DNA from: Podarcis bocagei | Taxonomy: Eukaryota | Reading direction: 5' to 3' (one strand) | NCBI GenBank assembly: GCA_964188305.1 | Contig: OZ076890.1 | Length of the DNA: 64,000 nt | Shown here: positions 12,654 through 22,902 of the stretch, piece after piece | How the letters are laid out: each line of letters starts with the position of its first letter | Numbering within the stretch: the first letter of the stretch is position 1 | Made by a program: the position numbers and the translations under genes | The notes under the pieces: generated by a model | The model's input: the letters and a program-made list of their open reading frames with translations, nothing else | The model's database searches: none | Told to the model about the DNA's origin: nothing

Positions 12654-14804
12654 TAATCCATTCTTCACTCCAGCCCCCAAATACTGGGGAAAGCAATAAC
12701 ATCCCAGGGAACAATTGTGCATCATGTACCCTTCCTTCATGTCATTACTGGTAATGGAGGGTAATTGACTGGTTGCCTTAGTCCTGTAGAAGTGAAGTCA
12801 TTCAGGGAAGTGCTAGAAAGAGAGTCAGCTTTTCTCACACACACATCCTTGAGCTCTTATTCCTGTATAAATTCGATTGATGCAAAAGCATGGTCGATAA
12901 GCAAGGAATTGTGGTTTCAGTGTTTCTCCCCCAACTCCTTGCTCTGTCCCTCAAGTTTTTCATTTGCTGTTTTGCCCTGGAACCAAAGTTGTTTGCAGAA
13001 GAAAAACTCTGCAGTGTCCAGCACCTTTGTGAGCCAGGGGAAAATTTGGACTGATTGACTACAAGGTTTTGCAAACAAGATTTGCAAGAGTTACATATTT
13101 CTCTTTGGACCAAGAGGAAGTGCTGTTGGTCCTTGAATTAAACAAAATACTTATTCATTTTGCTCTGTGAGTATCCGTTGTTCTCATGTTGTGCTTCCCA
13201 TTGTTTCCCCTTGTTCATTTCAAATCTCTGTAAATTTTATTCCAAGTAAACCCTGTATCACCCATGCAGACAAAGGTCTTGATCTTTAGCAGCTGGCAGA
13301 GAGGAAGTGAGAAACAAGGGAATGCTAAGTGGAAACACTCTTGGAAGTTATTGTCTCATCTTAAAAGCTATATGGACATAGTGCTAACCTCTCTGGAATC
13401 CCTTTACCTTTTAGTTTGTTGAGGCCTACTTAAATTTCCACAGCCAAATTTTCCATGTAGGTGAAGTGGTCATTTGTGGCAAGAGGTTCAGAAGTTTAGC
13501 GGGGACAGTTGTTTGACAGACTTGAATCAGCAGAAAGGGGCTCAGCACTCCTTCTGTTTATGCTGAGTGGAATGTCATATATCATTCAATGTGTATATCA
13601 TCCTCTAAGGAGCCTGACATGGACTGTGATTAACTTATACACCTGATCATATATGCAGATTCTTACTATACAAGACCATACAGTAAAATAAAACTGAAAT
13701 ACAGTGATATATATTAGTTTTGGCAGGTGGCTGGTGTTTTAATGTAGATTACTTGAATTAGAAACGTTCTAAAATTATGGGGAGTGTTAAATTTGCAGCT
13801 TGGGGCTGAGGTGACTGTCTGAAGAGAAGACAATTAGAATTGTTACTCAGGTTCCACTGAGATGAACTGGAAGTTAATGGGACCATGACAAGATTCTATC
13901 TGCCTGGTCTTGGAATAAGCCCATTTCCTGAACTTTCTGTGGAGCAATTAACAGGGCTGCACAGATTACACAGCCTGAGAATCTGTTCCATAATGTCAAA
14001 AAATGTGAAAGGTGTCACATCATGAAAGAAACAAACAGAGGTCAGTCTGTTCATTGATTAGATAACCTGAACTCTACACTAGAACCTTTAATGGTAGTAT
14101 AGACCTTGCTCTTTTGTTCCCAATTATATTCATTGGCTTCAGAAAGATCTTGACTTGTTCTTTCTGCTTCACAACCACTTAATAATGTGCAGTAAAAGTT
14201 CTGTTGACAATTCATATAAAGCAATTATAAACCTGACAAAACATCCCTAACAGGTTCATGAGGTCAAAATAAAAAAAAGCCAAGTGGTATATCATGTCTG
14301 ATTTTCTGGTAATGAGTACAGTATTTACTAAGGAATGGACACAAGCACATTTTACCACTTTCACCAAGGGAACCTTTTCTTCATATAAATTATTAGCTTC
14401 TGTCAGTAGCTTATAAGCATTGCTTAATGGTCAATAATATATCCTGGATTTTTTTAAAAAAGAAAAGACCTCACAAAATCAAAGTTCAATTATACACATT
14501 TTTGTATGTATTTCCTCCTTAAAATAAACATTTTGTATGATTTTCCCACTTTTTAAAAAAAAATCGACACCGAACTTAAAAAAATCAAAATATCCAAATA
14601 ATAACTGCATTCTAATATATGAATCATAGAGTTGTAGAGTTGTAAGAGATCCCAAGGATCATGTAATCCAATCCCCTACTTAAAATTACAGATCAAACAG
14701 GATTATACTTCATATAAGTATAAGCTAGCTATGAAACTGCAATAAAGTGTTTTGGTATTTTTTACATTTTTGTAACCACAAAGTCAAAATTAGAAATGTA
14801 CAGG

Positions 14805-14807
<3 letters not shown>

Positions 14808-14862
<55 letters not shown>
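14808..14862. repeat. (CT)n(GT)n compound microsatellite
   Basis: Direct inspection. Confidence 0.95.
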
Positions 14863-15944
14863 CTGTGTTGGGAGGAGGCACTAGAAGAGGAGGGTGTCAC
14901 TAGGACTTGGGATGGAGACTTCAAGCACAGGGAACTTGATCACCTAGCCCATTCTGCCACCTCTCTTCATGCCCCACACCTGATGTCACATATGACATCA
15001 CATATTTGGTCCAGAACAATGATTTGCAGCACAATCCTAAACATGTTTACTATGATGTAATCTCACCAACAATGGAACTCACTCCCTAGTAAGTTTTTTT
15101 TGTTTTTGTTTTTGTTTTTAGGATGTCAGTCATTAACAGGAAGGTGTGTGACTAACTAGTGAGTAAAAGTAATTCCAACACAGCATGTGTTGTAACCAAA
15201 TCTCTATTTTAAATAGTGCTAAGACTGTCATTGCATTGAATCAGAATGGGACTGACTCTATATCAAACTTTATATTCAAAATAATATCTTGCATACACAA
15301 ACATACAAACTACTTCTAATTATTGGCTAATAATTTATTGGTTGTCTTTATTTTTATTTTATTTTTCAGCAAAAGTTTGGGTTTTTCTTCTTTGACAAGT
15401 TGTTGGTATCTGTATTGTTTTTGAAGCTATGTGGATGCACCTTTTTCATATCATATTTTGTCTATTATTTTCAGCTGCTTAATCTTTCTAAGATTCATTT
15501 TCCCCCTTCCATTGACACCTCTCATCCTTTAATTCACCCTTTGGTTTTTTATCTCAACTGGATTATTGAAATTCTTTGCTTCTTGGTTTGTCCTTATCTC
15601 ATCTAAGGCCTCTTTCTACTTGCATTTTATTCTATTGCTACTTTTAGATTCCATTCCATAATATTGATCATCTCTCTCCATTGCTGTTTTCTCTCATTGA
15701 TTACCTTATCCCGTCTGTATACAGTACAACAATTTATTAACTTTTTGGTACATCTATTCCATAGCTCCCTCGTATCTTTCTTCCCTGACTTCAATTTATT
15801 GTCCTCCTCAATCTCTTCATTTTTCTTTCTAAACCATGGTTACTTTTAATCTCATTTGGTTTTCTCTCTCTCTTTGTACTGTTTTACCTTGTCCTTTTTC
15901 TTTTTCTTTTTGTTTCAAACACACTGTTTGATATTTCTTCATTT

Positions 15945-16270
15945 AGACGCTTTTTAAACAGCTTAATTATATCAGCTAGAAGGAGTTCCACAAATTGGAT
16001 CTACAATACTGAGTGCAAAGCTCCTGGTGGTTATGAGCCACACATCCTAGTCAAAGGCAACAACTAACAGTGACTCCCGAAAGACCTCAGTGATCAGGCA
16101 GGAATATAAGGAGTCAGGTGTTCCTGACCCAATCCTGGACCCAATTTGGTAAGGGCCTTGTACATTAATACAAGAAAATTGAGCCAGTCTCAGTAGTAAA
16201 TAGTACAAGCTTTCAGCCAGCAGAATTACATGCTGGTGATAGTTTGCTCCCTCAACTGTCTTGCAGCAGA
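15945..16270 (-). mobile_element. Old L2 LINE fragment
   Basis: GGAGTTCCACA, AAGACCTCAGTGATCAGGCAGG and AGGGCCTTGTACATTAATACAAG resemble the antisense L2 ORF2 C-terminal region also seen at 35795-36780. Confidence 0.5.
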
Positions 16271-17783
16271 AGGTGCCTTGTATAGGCTGAAGGTTTAAAC
16301 TAGACCTGCAAAATCAGGTCTGCACCAAGTCCATATAAGCTCTCAAGCGGGTCTGTGTATTTGTGTGTGGCAATGTAGCTGGCAGAAATGAGGATCTGAA
16401 AACCTCAGCTATATGCCCTCAGCTGCATTTTAGCCATTTTTCCTTCAGTTAAGCACCATGTCTGCAAGTAAGCCCCACCAGGATAAAGTAGCTTGAGTTG
16501 GAGAAGTATACATGTGTATGGTGGGATGGCAACAAATCAGCTCTTCTTTCCTGCTTGCCCATGCTGTATTTTGTCACTCTTACTCCTCTCTATAGGGAAT
16601 AGACAGGCCAGAAGGACACAAATAAGGTCTTCCATCACATCTAAATTTCCTCCTAAGAGTTCATTCCTGCATAAAATCTTGTTTTATTTCTGTGGCTAGT
16701 TCTGCCACCCTACATTGCATGCATGCTCAGGATATCTGCCTGGAAAAACAGGTGTGAGCTTCTCACACTGGAGGTCAGAATCATTTTTATGTATCACACA
16801 CATCTGCAACTGGCCTAACTGCATATAAGCAGGTACATCTAGCTGTCCTTTATCAATAGATCCAATGACAATATGAAATCTGCTCCGTGTTCCGTGTTAC
16901 TTGCAATGTGGATGTGGCACTGAAAGTGGACAGCAATGGATATCCACAGCATCCATGCTATTGTTTCAAAAGAAATATGTTTTATGATATTTTCTTAGCA
17001 AGTAGATTAGATAAGGTTCTGTGAATTGTCTCCACAGTCACACAAGAGCCTGTCTTATGAATGTTTGAGCTACTTGGTTGTATATGCTGATTTTAATGAC
17101 CATAATGGGCCCCACTGTCATCTTCAGAGAAAATAATACATGATTTAAAAGTCTCTCCCAAGAGCACACTGCTTATTCAATACACCACAAAAAGCTCTAA
17201 TAATCTGCATTTTTAGAAGATGCTAAATTGTGAGATGAAATCCAGAATTTTATAAACAGCTAGAGGGGTTATTTGTATAATACCAGACTGCAATGCTTGC
17301 TTTTGAAAGCAATGCTGTTAATGTACAGATACAGATATAAATCTAATATATATATATATTGTTAATTAAAATTGTTTCAACCTCAGTTCTTTTGTATACA
17401 TGGTCTATATACTAACATGAAATGTTTGGGCTTGATAGTTTAAGAAAATTACTTCCACGATGGTATACCAAAAAAACCACAGTATGTTCAATGGGATTAA
17501 GTTTTAAATGCGGAAAATCTGTTCCTTATATATTGTCAAAGAAACCTAATTAGGTGAACTTTTAATACTGGGAAATGAATTTGGCCTTTAGTTAAGAATC
17601 AGTGAGTCACAAAAGGTGCTTGGCTAGTTTAATGCTTAAGAGGTTCATGCTTAATTAATACAACATGAATCAAAATGTTCAGCCATGCCTGAATTTTGCA
17701 AATTTGCAGCCAGTGAACTATTAGAAGCTGGGGTAGGAGGGGATAAATGTTAAGAAGTAACTAGGAGGATAATTCTCTAGCAC

Positions 17784-17784
17784 C

Positions 17785-17821
<37 letters not shown>
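17784..17821. repeat. (CTGT)n microsatellite
   Basis: Direct inspection. Confidence 0.95.
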
Positions 17822-19321
17822 TTATTCTGAGCTCAATAATATGGTTAATTAGAAGAATGCCTAACAATCTGTCCTCCCTGTCCTAAGACGAACCAACATT
17901 AATTCATCCTCTGCCACCTCCCAGCAGAGGAAGAGCTCCAAGCTAGCACACTTTTAAGGTCATTCTTAAACCTTAGGCGTCACACATTAATTACATGAAG
18001 AACAGAGGGACTGTGCAGCTGTGCTTTTGGCTATACCCCTGTGGCCTATGGTTTCTCTACCCTTGCTCCCCAACCTATGTGTTAGGTTGCCCAATTGTAG
18101 TGATACTTTTATGTGGAATCTTTCTGCTAAGAGGAAATACAAGAAGGCTTCCTTGACTCAGACACCCATGTTAATTCATGATTGACAGGGTTAGGGTGAG
18201 ACCAAAAAAGGTCACCTGACTACTCACTTTTCCTATTTGCATGAGTAATGTGTGGCAAGACTTTCAATGGTCATATTATCTATCCATACACATCACACTT
18301 CAGAAAGTCTCTCATGTGCATCTCTCCTCTAGCTATTTCCCCTCCCCTAAGCAAATGCTCCTACAAAGTTTGTGATTCTCTCAAACCAGCCATCAATTCT
18401 GCTGAAGGACTAGGTATCATTATGATTGTGCCACATGCAACTGATTGCTAGCAGGATTGTTGCAAGTTTTCAGGGCGAGTTCTAGGAAGCCCTGGGCACA
18501 ATGGCATCCAGTGAGCCCCTTCCTATGTTACCGGGCCCTGGTGGGTTTACCTGGTATTGGTGATCTGAACAGCACCTAGCTGTTGGAGGGAAGGAGAAGC
18601 AAATAATTATTTGAACTTCTCACAATTTCCCAAAGTGATGCCATGTTGGTTACATGGTGGAAAATTAAAATGGAAAGTAAGTCCATCTGTCAGGTTTTAC
18701 ATAGAGTGCCAGACCAGATGATGATGATGATGATTTATTTAGAGGGGGCAGAGATCAGCAGTGGGCTCTGTTAAGAGCTGTTCAAGGGTGGAATGGCTGG
18801 GTGCTAGTCACTTCGTTTGGTAAGAGCTGTTGCACGGGTGATCAAATGTTTTCAGTAAAATGTCTTCTAAAGTCCACTTAGAAGCCATAGGTCAATAATG
18901 AAAAGCTATGTAGTGTACACATCTTTTGTAGGATGTGACTTCACAAAATTGTGGGATCTGCTTCATTTCATTTCTATGGCAACAGGCATTTCCTCAATTT
19001 CTTCCATTTCTGCTTAACCAAAATCTAAGTAAGGGTGCAGTCTGATGAAAAGGAACAGAATTTAAGAGAGGCACACCTCACCAGAAGAAGACTTCTGCTG
19101 GAACCCAGCCCTCCACTGTTTGCTAGCAATAAGAAAACTCATCCTGTGGGTGGTTTGAGGTCACTAGGCCTATTTACCTTCATTGAAAAGTGGAATTGTT
19201 GACATAGTCTTTTTCTGCCAGGGATAATTAACTTCCCATAACCCCAACCATAAAATTATGCTGAAAATTTTCACCAGGAGACATGTGGGGTTGTAGTGCA
19301 TACACATCTCTTGCTACTAAC

Positions 19322-19793
19322 TGTTAGTATCTCAGCTCACAGGCAGAGGTACCTGGCCTCCCCCAAGGCAATTAAGCTGGATACTTGATGACCTCTCCGC
19401 TGCGTCTCCCGGCAGGCTAGGTCATAACTCCGGCGATTCTCCTCATCAATCAGACGTGAAGAACACACCCTCCGCTACTCTGCTTCTCTCCCCCTCCCTG
19501 CATTCTCCCAGGGAGGAGAAATGAGACAGACAGGAGTCCTTTCTACATGTTTATTCCTGTCACTCAACAGTACATAGAATTGCATCTGTTCCCTTCAGAC
19601 TCCATCAGAAGAGACTCACACTCCTCCCCTGTACTTCCAGCACAGGTCACATGACACTCTGAGCTAACATCTGGTGCTCAGTACAGAGAATAGGCTCCAC
19701 CTTTTCCCCAGCAGTACAGCAGCAAACCACAACATCCTGTTTTGCATTCCAGCAATCTGGAGCTGGCTTTTGCATTGGTGCTTTTTCCCAACA
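19322..19793 (-). repeat. 3' LTR of the copia element
   Basis: Direct repeat of 22903-23374, with 5 transitions and no indels by manual alignment. Minus-strand AATAAA at 19550-19555; E-box/M-box GTCATGTGAC at 19646-19655. Confidence 0.96.
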
Positions 19794-22316
19794 TCCTCCC
19801 CCAAAAGCATCAATTGGCAAAACATGATCCAGAGAAGAGAACAAACAGTTGTTATACATATAACAGTCCCCTGTTGTTTCAGTTCCACCCTTGGAACTCC
19901 CCACCACTAGTTTCACCAATGTACCTCTCTGGTTGTCTGGCTTCCAAGGAATGAGTGCTTCTGCATTACCTTGGTTAGCTACTCTCTGTTGTGTCTTTGT
20001 CTCTGACTTAGACACTGCTTTAACCTGCTTTGAGTTGTTAACAATAGCAACACATGCAACAGCTAAGTTAGCAAACTCTTTTGAGTACCTCTTTGGTGGT
20101 ACACCCTTTGTAACTCTCTCAGACCTGCGTATGAGGTTCTGATCCTCTGTGCTCACTGGTTCAACCTTTGGACTCTGTTGAGAACCAGTAGCAATGGCTA
20201 ACAGTGGTTCTTCCTTCATCTGTGAAGGTCTATCCATTGTGTGAGATTTTCTCTCAATGACTGTTACAACTGAACTCTCTGAGCTATCAGTGTCATCATC
20301 ATCAGTACCACTGTAATCTGTGACATCAGAAAAATCATCATCATCATCTGAATTGCCACCTGTGGGAAATGTGTGTTCTCCTACCCGCTCTTGTTCGGGA
20401 GCACTCTCTAGAAACTTTGTGAGAATCACCTGACCAGATTCAGACAAAATTACTCTGTAGAGACCCTTTTCATAACCCACAAAAATGCCTCTGGCATTCT
20501 TTACTCCACCTGGAGCTTCTGTTCTCACATGAGACCCGAAAACCTTAAAGTAGGCTACAGAAGGTTTTCTATTGAACAGCTTCTCAAAAGGAGAACATCC
20601 CAACTCTGTTGAGACTTTTCTCAACCACACATGAAGATAGGACGCTAGCGATTCGGCCCAATATTCATGTGGCAAATGTGAACTCAGCAATTGCGCATGC
20701 ATCCCCTTTTGCAATTCTTTGTTCACTCTCACACAGACCCCCCTGTTCCACGCTTCGGTCGAAACAGCAATTTTGTGATCTATCCCTTTTCCATCCAGGA
20801 ACTTCTGAAACTTCTGTAACAGAAAAATTTGCTTCTCATCTGTGAAAAGACAATCAATGTTAGCATCATGCATACTCTTAACCTTGTCACAAAACTCCTG
20901 AAACTTTTCTAAAGTTTCTTGCGGTTTCTCCATCAAATAAACCCAAGAATAATTAGTGAAACAATCCACACACAAAAGGTAATATTTTGCACTGCCCCTA
21001 GATGGTTCTAGAGCACCAATCACATCAGCATACACCCGCTGAAATGCTTTGTCGACTTTCGGCACCTTCCGGGCGCTCGTTTTGGTCACACCTGCAAGAG
21101 AGATTACGTTAGAATCAGAAGAATTGCATTTCATGTAATCACTTTGATCAAAAGTCAACAAATACAGTCCATCTTTCTCTTTGGCAGTAAGAAACAGTTC
21201 TCCATCTTTGTAGATCTTGCAGCTTTTAGCATCATAGGACAGTTTCAGTCCTTTCTTTGCAATCTGCGACACGCTCAGCAGATTAAATCTCAGTTCCGGA
21301 ACCAGGTAAACATCGCTTATAGTCAAGTTCAGACTCTCAAGATTCACAGTCCCAATTCCGGTTGCTTCCAGCTCTTGACCATTGGCCTGTTTCACAGTGA
21401 AGCTTTGCTTCTTCAACGTCGAAAACAGTCCTCTGTGCGGGCATAAATGTTTTGTGCATCCCGTGTCGATTATGAAGGCGTTCCCAACATCTGGCGTGGT
21501 TCCTTTCGCCATCATAGCCTTTGCAGGTTTCACCTGGTACTTGGTACGGCTTTTGCCTGACGCCTCAGGCTTCGTAGAGCTGCTCTTCGCTCCTCTTGAC
21601 TGGCGCGGCTTCTTACAGTTTCGCTGTAGATGCCCAATCTGTCCACAATTATAGCATTGGACAGCACTCAATGCTGTAGCATGCTCTGCAGTAGCATCAG
21701 CAGTGGGAAGATTTGAACTCTGTTCTACCCTCCCCCTGCCCTTCACTTCCAGTGCAGCAAGTCTGTCGTGTTCGTTCAGGACGACGGCACACACTCTTTC
21801 CGCGGTTAGGTCCTGAGCCGGTAGGGAACCAAGCTGACTGGCAACAACCTTGTAGGTGCGATTAAGGCTGTTTATCATCATGAAGCAAAACACTTCCTCC
21901 TGAAGACGGAAATTGCGCTCCACCATCTGTTGACGCAGAAACTTCATCTCTGTCAGGTGCGCTTGGACATCACCATCAGGCGCTAGTCTCAGATTGGTCA
22001 ACTTCTCAAAATACAGCAACGCTGAAGAACCAGCATCTCTCTGATGCGTTGTACGCAGCGTATCCCAAACCTCTTTCGCGTTTTCTAAATACTGGATATG
22101 CACCAATTGCGCGTCTGAGATACACAGTATTATAGCAGTCCTGGCCCTCACGTTCTGTGATTCCCAACCTCTGGTTGGTGCTGCAGGGATGGGGTTTTCA
22201 ATTACATCAAACAGCCTCTGATTCTGCAGCAGGGCCTTCATCTTTACAGACCAAGATGAATAATTGTCATTATTTAGGGGAGGTGGGCAAGGCAGAGCTC
22301 CCTTCTTGGCATCCAT
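19647..22316 (-). CDS. Copia Gag-protease-(degenerate integrase) polyprotein, 889 aa
   Basis: First ATG at 22316 in strong Kozak context (AAGATGG); the ORF track start at 22490 is a TTG. Copia gag N-terminus LNNDNYSSWSVKMKALL; zinc knuckle CYNCGQIGHLQRNC (21615-21656); aspartic protease FIIDTGCTKH (Asp 21465-21467) with NLLSVSQI; integrase core RVYADVIG / YYLLCVDCFTNYSWVYLM / FTDEK / WAES / FKVFGS..GIFVGY; RRSER motif. No YVDD-type RT motif. Confidence 0.93.
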   Translation of the reverse strand: MDAKKGALPCPPPLNNDNYSSWSVKMKALLQNQRLFDVIENPIPAAPTRGWESQNVRARTAIILCISDAQLVHIQYLENAKEVWDTLRTTHQRDAGSSALLYFEKLTNLRLAPDGDVQAHLTEMKFLRQQMVERNFRLQEEVFCFMMINSLNRTYKVVASQLGSLPAQDLTAERVCAVVLNEHDRLAALEVKGRGRVEQSSNLPTADATAEHATALSAVQCYNCGQIGHLQRNCKKPRQSRGAKSSSTKPEASGKSRTKYQVKPAKAMMAKGTTPDVGNAFIIDTGCTKHLCPHRGLFSTLKKQSFTVKQANGQELEATGIGTVNLESLNLTISDVYLVPELRFNLLSVSQIAKKGLKLSYDAKSCKIYKDGELFLTAKEKDGLYLLTFDQSDYMKCNSSDSNVISLAGVTKTSARKVPKVDKAFQRVYADVIGALEPSRGSAKYYLLCVDCFTNYSWVYLMEKPQETLEKFQEFCDKVKSMHDANIDCLFTDEKQIFLLQKFQKFLDGKGIDHKIAVSTEAWNRGVCVRVNKELQKGMHAQLLSSHLPHEYWAESLASYLHVWLRKVSTELGCSPFEKLFNRKPSVAYFKVFGSHVRTEAPGGVKNARGIFVGYEKGLYRVILSESGQVILTKFLESAPEQERVGEHTFPTGGNSDDDDDFSDVTDYSGTDDDDTDSSESSVVTVIERKSHTMDRPSQMKEEPLLAIATGSQQSPKVEPVSTEDQNLIRRSERVTKGVPPKRYSKEFANLAVACVAIVNNSKQVKAVSKSETKTQQRVANQGNAEALIPWKPDNQRGTLVKLVVGSSKGGTETTGDCYMYNNCLFSSLDHVLPIDAFGGGCWEKAPMQKPAPDCWNAKQDVVVCCCTAGEKVEPILCTEHQMLAQSVM
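19794..19802 (-). other. Polypurine tract (PPT)
   Basis: Minus strand GGGGGAGGA directly abuts the TG of the 3' LTR. Confidence 0.9.
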
Positions 22317-22870
22317 CTTGAAGCCAAGCCTCCAGCTCACACTGTCAAGCAAGCTGTAAAATCCAACAGTCGTTTCCTGCCTTTCTCTTTGCAGGCAAAC
22401 TGCAAGTTGTTTATGCTCTTTGCACCTGGCAGCAAAACGCTGGCTGCTACAGAAAGTCCCTTTCCAAGAGCACGTAAAGCTTGTAGCCAAAACACTCTAT
22501 GGCTTAGTTTCGCTTTCCCAGCCTCACAATGCAGCTGCGTAGCCAGTAACTTTCCACTATCGTTACTTAGCAAGAGTGCATTCAGGACTTCTTATCTTAA
22601 CCACAGGAATTTGTGGAATGCAGGCTTCAGCTTCCAAGCTGCAGGCCTTTTCTCCCGGAGCTTTTGTTTTTCAAACGCAGAGCTCCCGTGAACCAGGGAA
22701 TTAATCAACCTGCGTTCACACTTTTAGCCCAAAATGCAGCAGCATACCTTGATCTCCGTTGCTTGGAAAACACCTTCCTCTGGGTCTGTTCAGCCTCTGG
22801 CTTCTGTCAGACACTTGCCTTCTCCCTTGGAGCAGAGGAGGACATTCCACCAGCCTCTCATGCAGATGTC

Positions 22871-22900
22871 CGATGAATCGCAACCATCCGAAGGCTGCCA
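22871..22900 (-). other. Primer-binding site, split and extended, complementary to initiator tRNA-Met
   Basis: Begins 2 nt after the 5' LTR: TGGCAGC-CTTC-GGATGGTTGCGATTCATCG, versus the complement of the vertebrate tRNA-iMet 3' end TGGTAGC-AGA-GGATGGTTTCGATCCATCG. Confidence 0.85.
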
Positions 22901-22902
22901 TA

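Noticed and set aside
15400-15900. Purine-rich minus strand resembling a coiled-coil L1 ORF1
   Set aside because: No sustained frame or recognisable motif; left unassigned.
19647-22316. Domesticated host gene (Arc/PNMA/RTL-like) interpretation
   Set aside because: Near-identical LTRs, TSD, PBS and PPT show a recent mobile insertion. The named domesticated genes derive from Ty3/gypsy, whereas this element is copia.
22317-22490. N-terminal 58 aa of the 947-aa ORF in the track
   Set aside because: It starts at TTG. The first ATG (22316) has a strong Kozak context and directly precedes the copia gag motif, so this stretch is treated as leader.
22894-22900. tRNA-Leu PBS (GCTGCCA match) or Tf1-like self-priming
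   Set aside because: The Leu match is only 7 nt and omits the added CCA; no complementary sequence was found in the LTR. tRNA-iMet explains about 24 positions.
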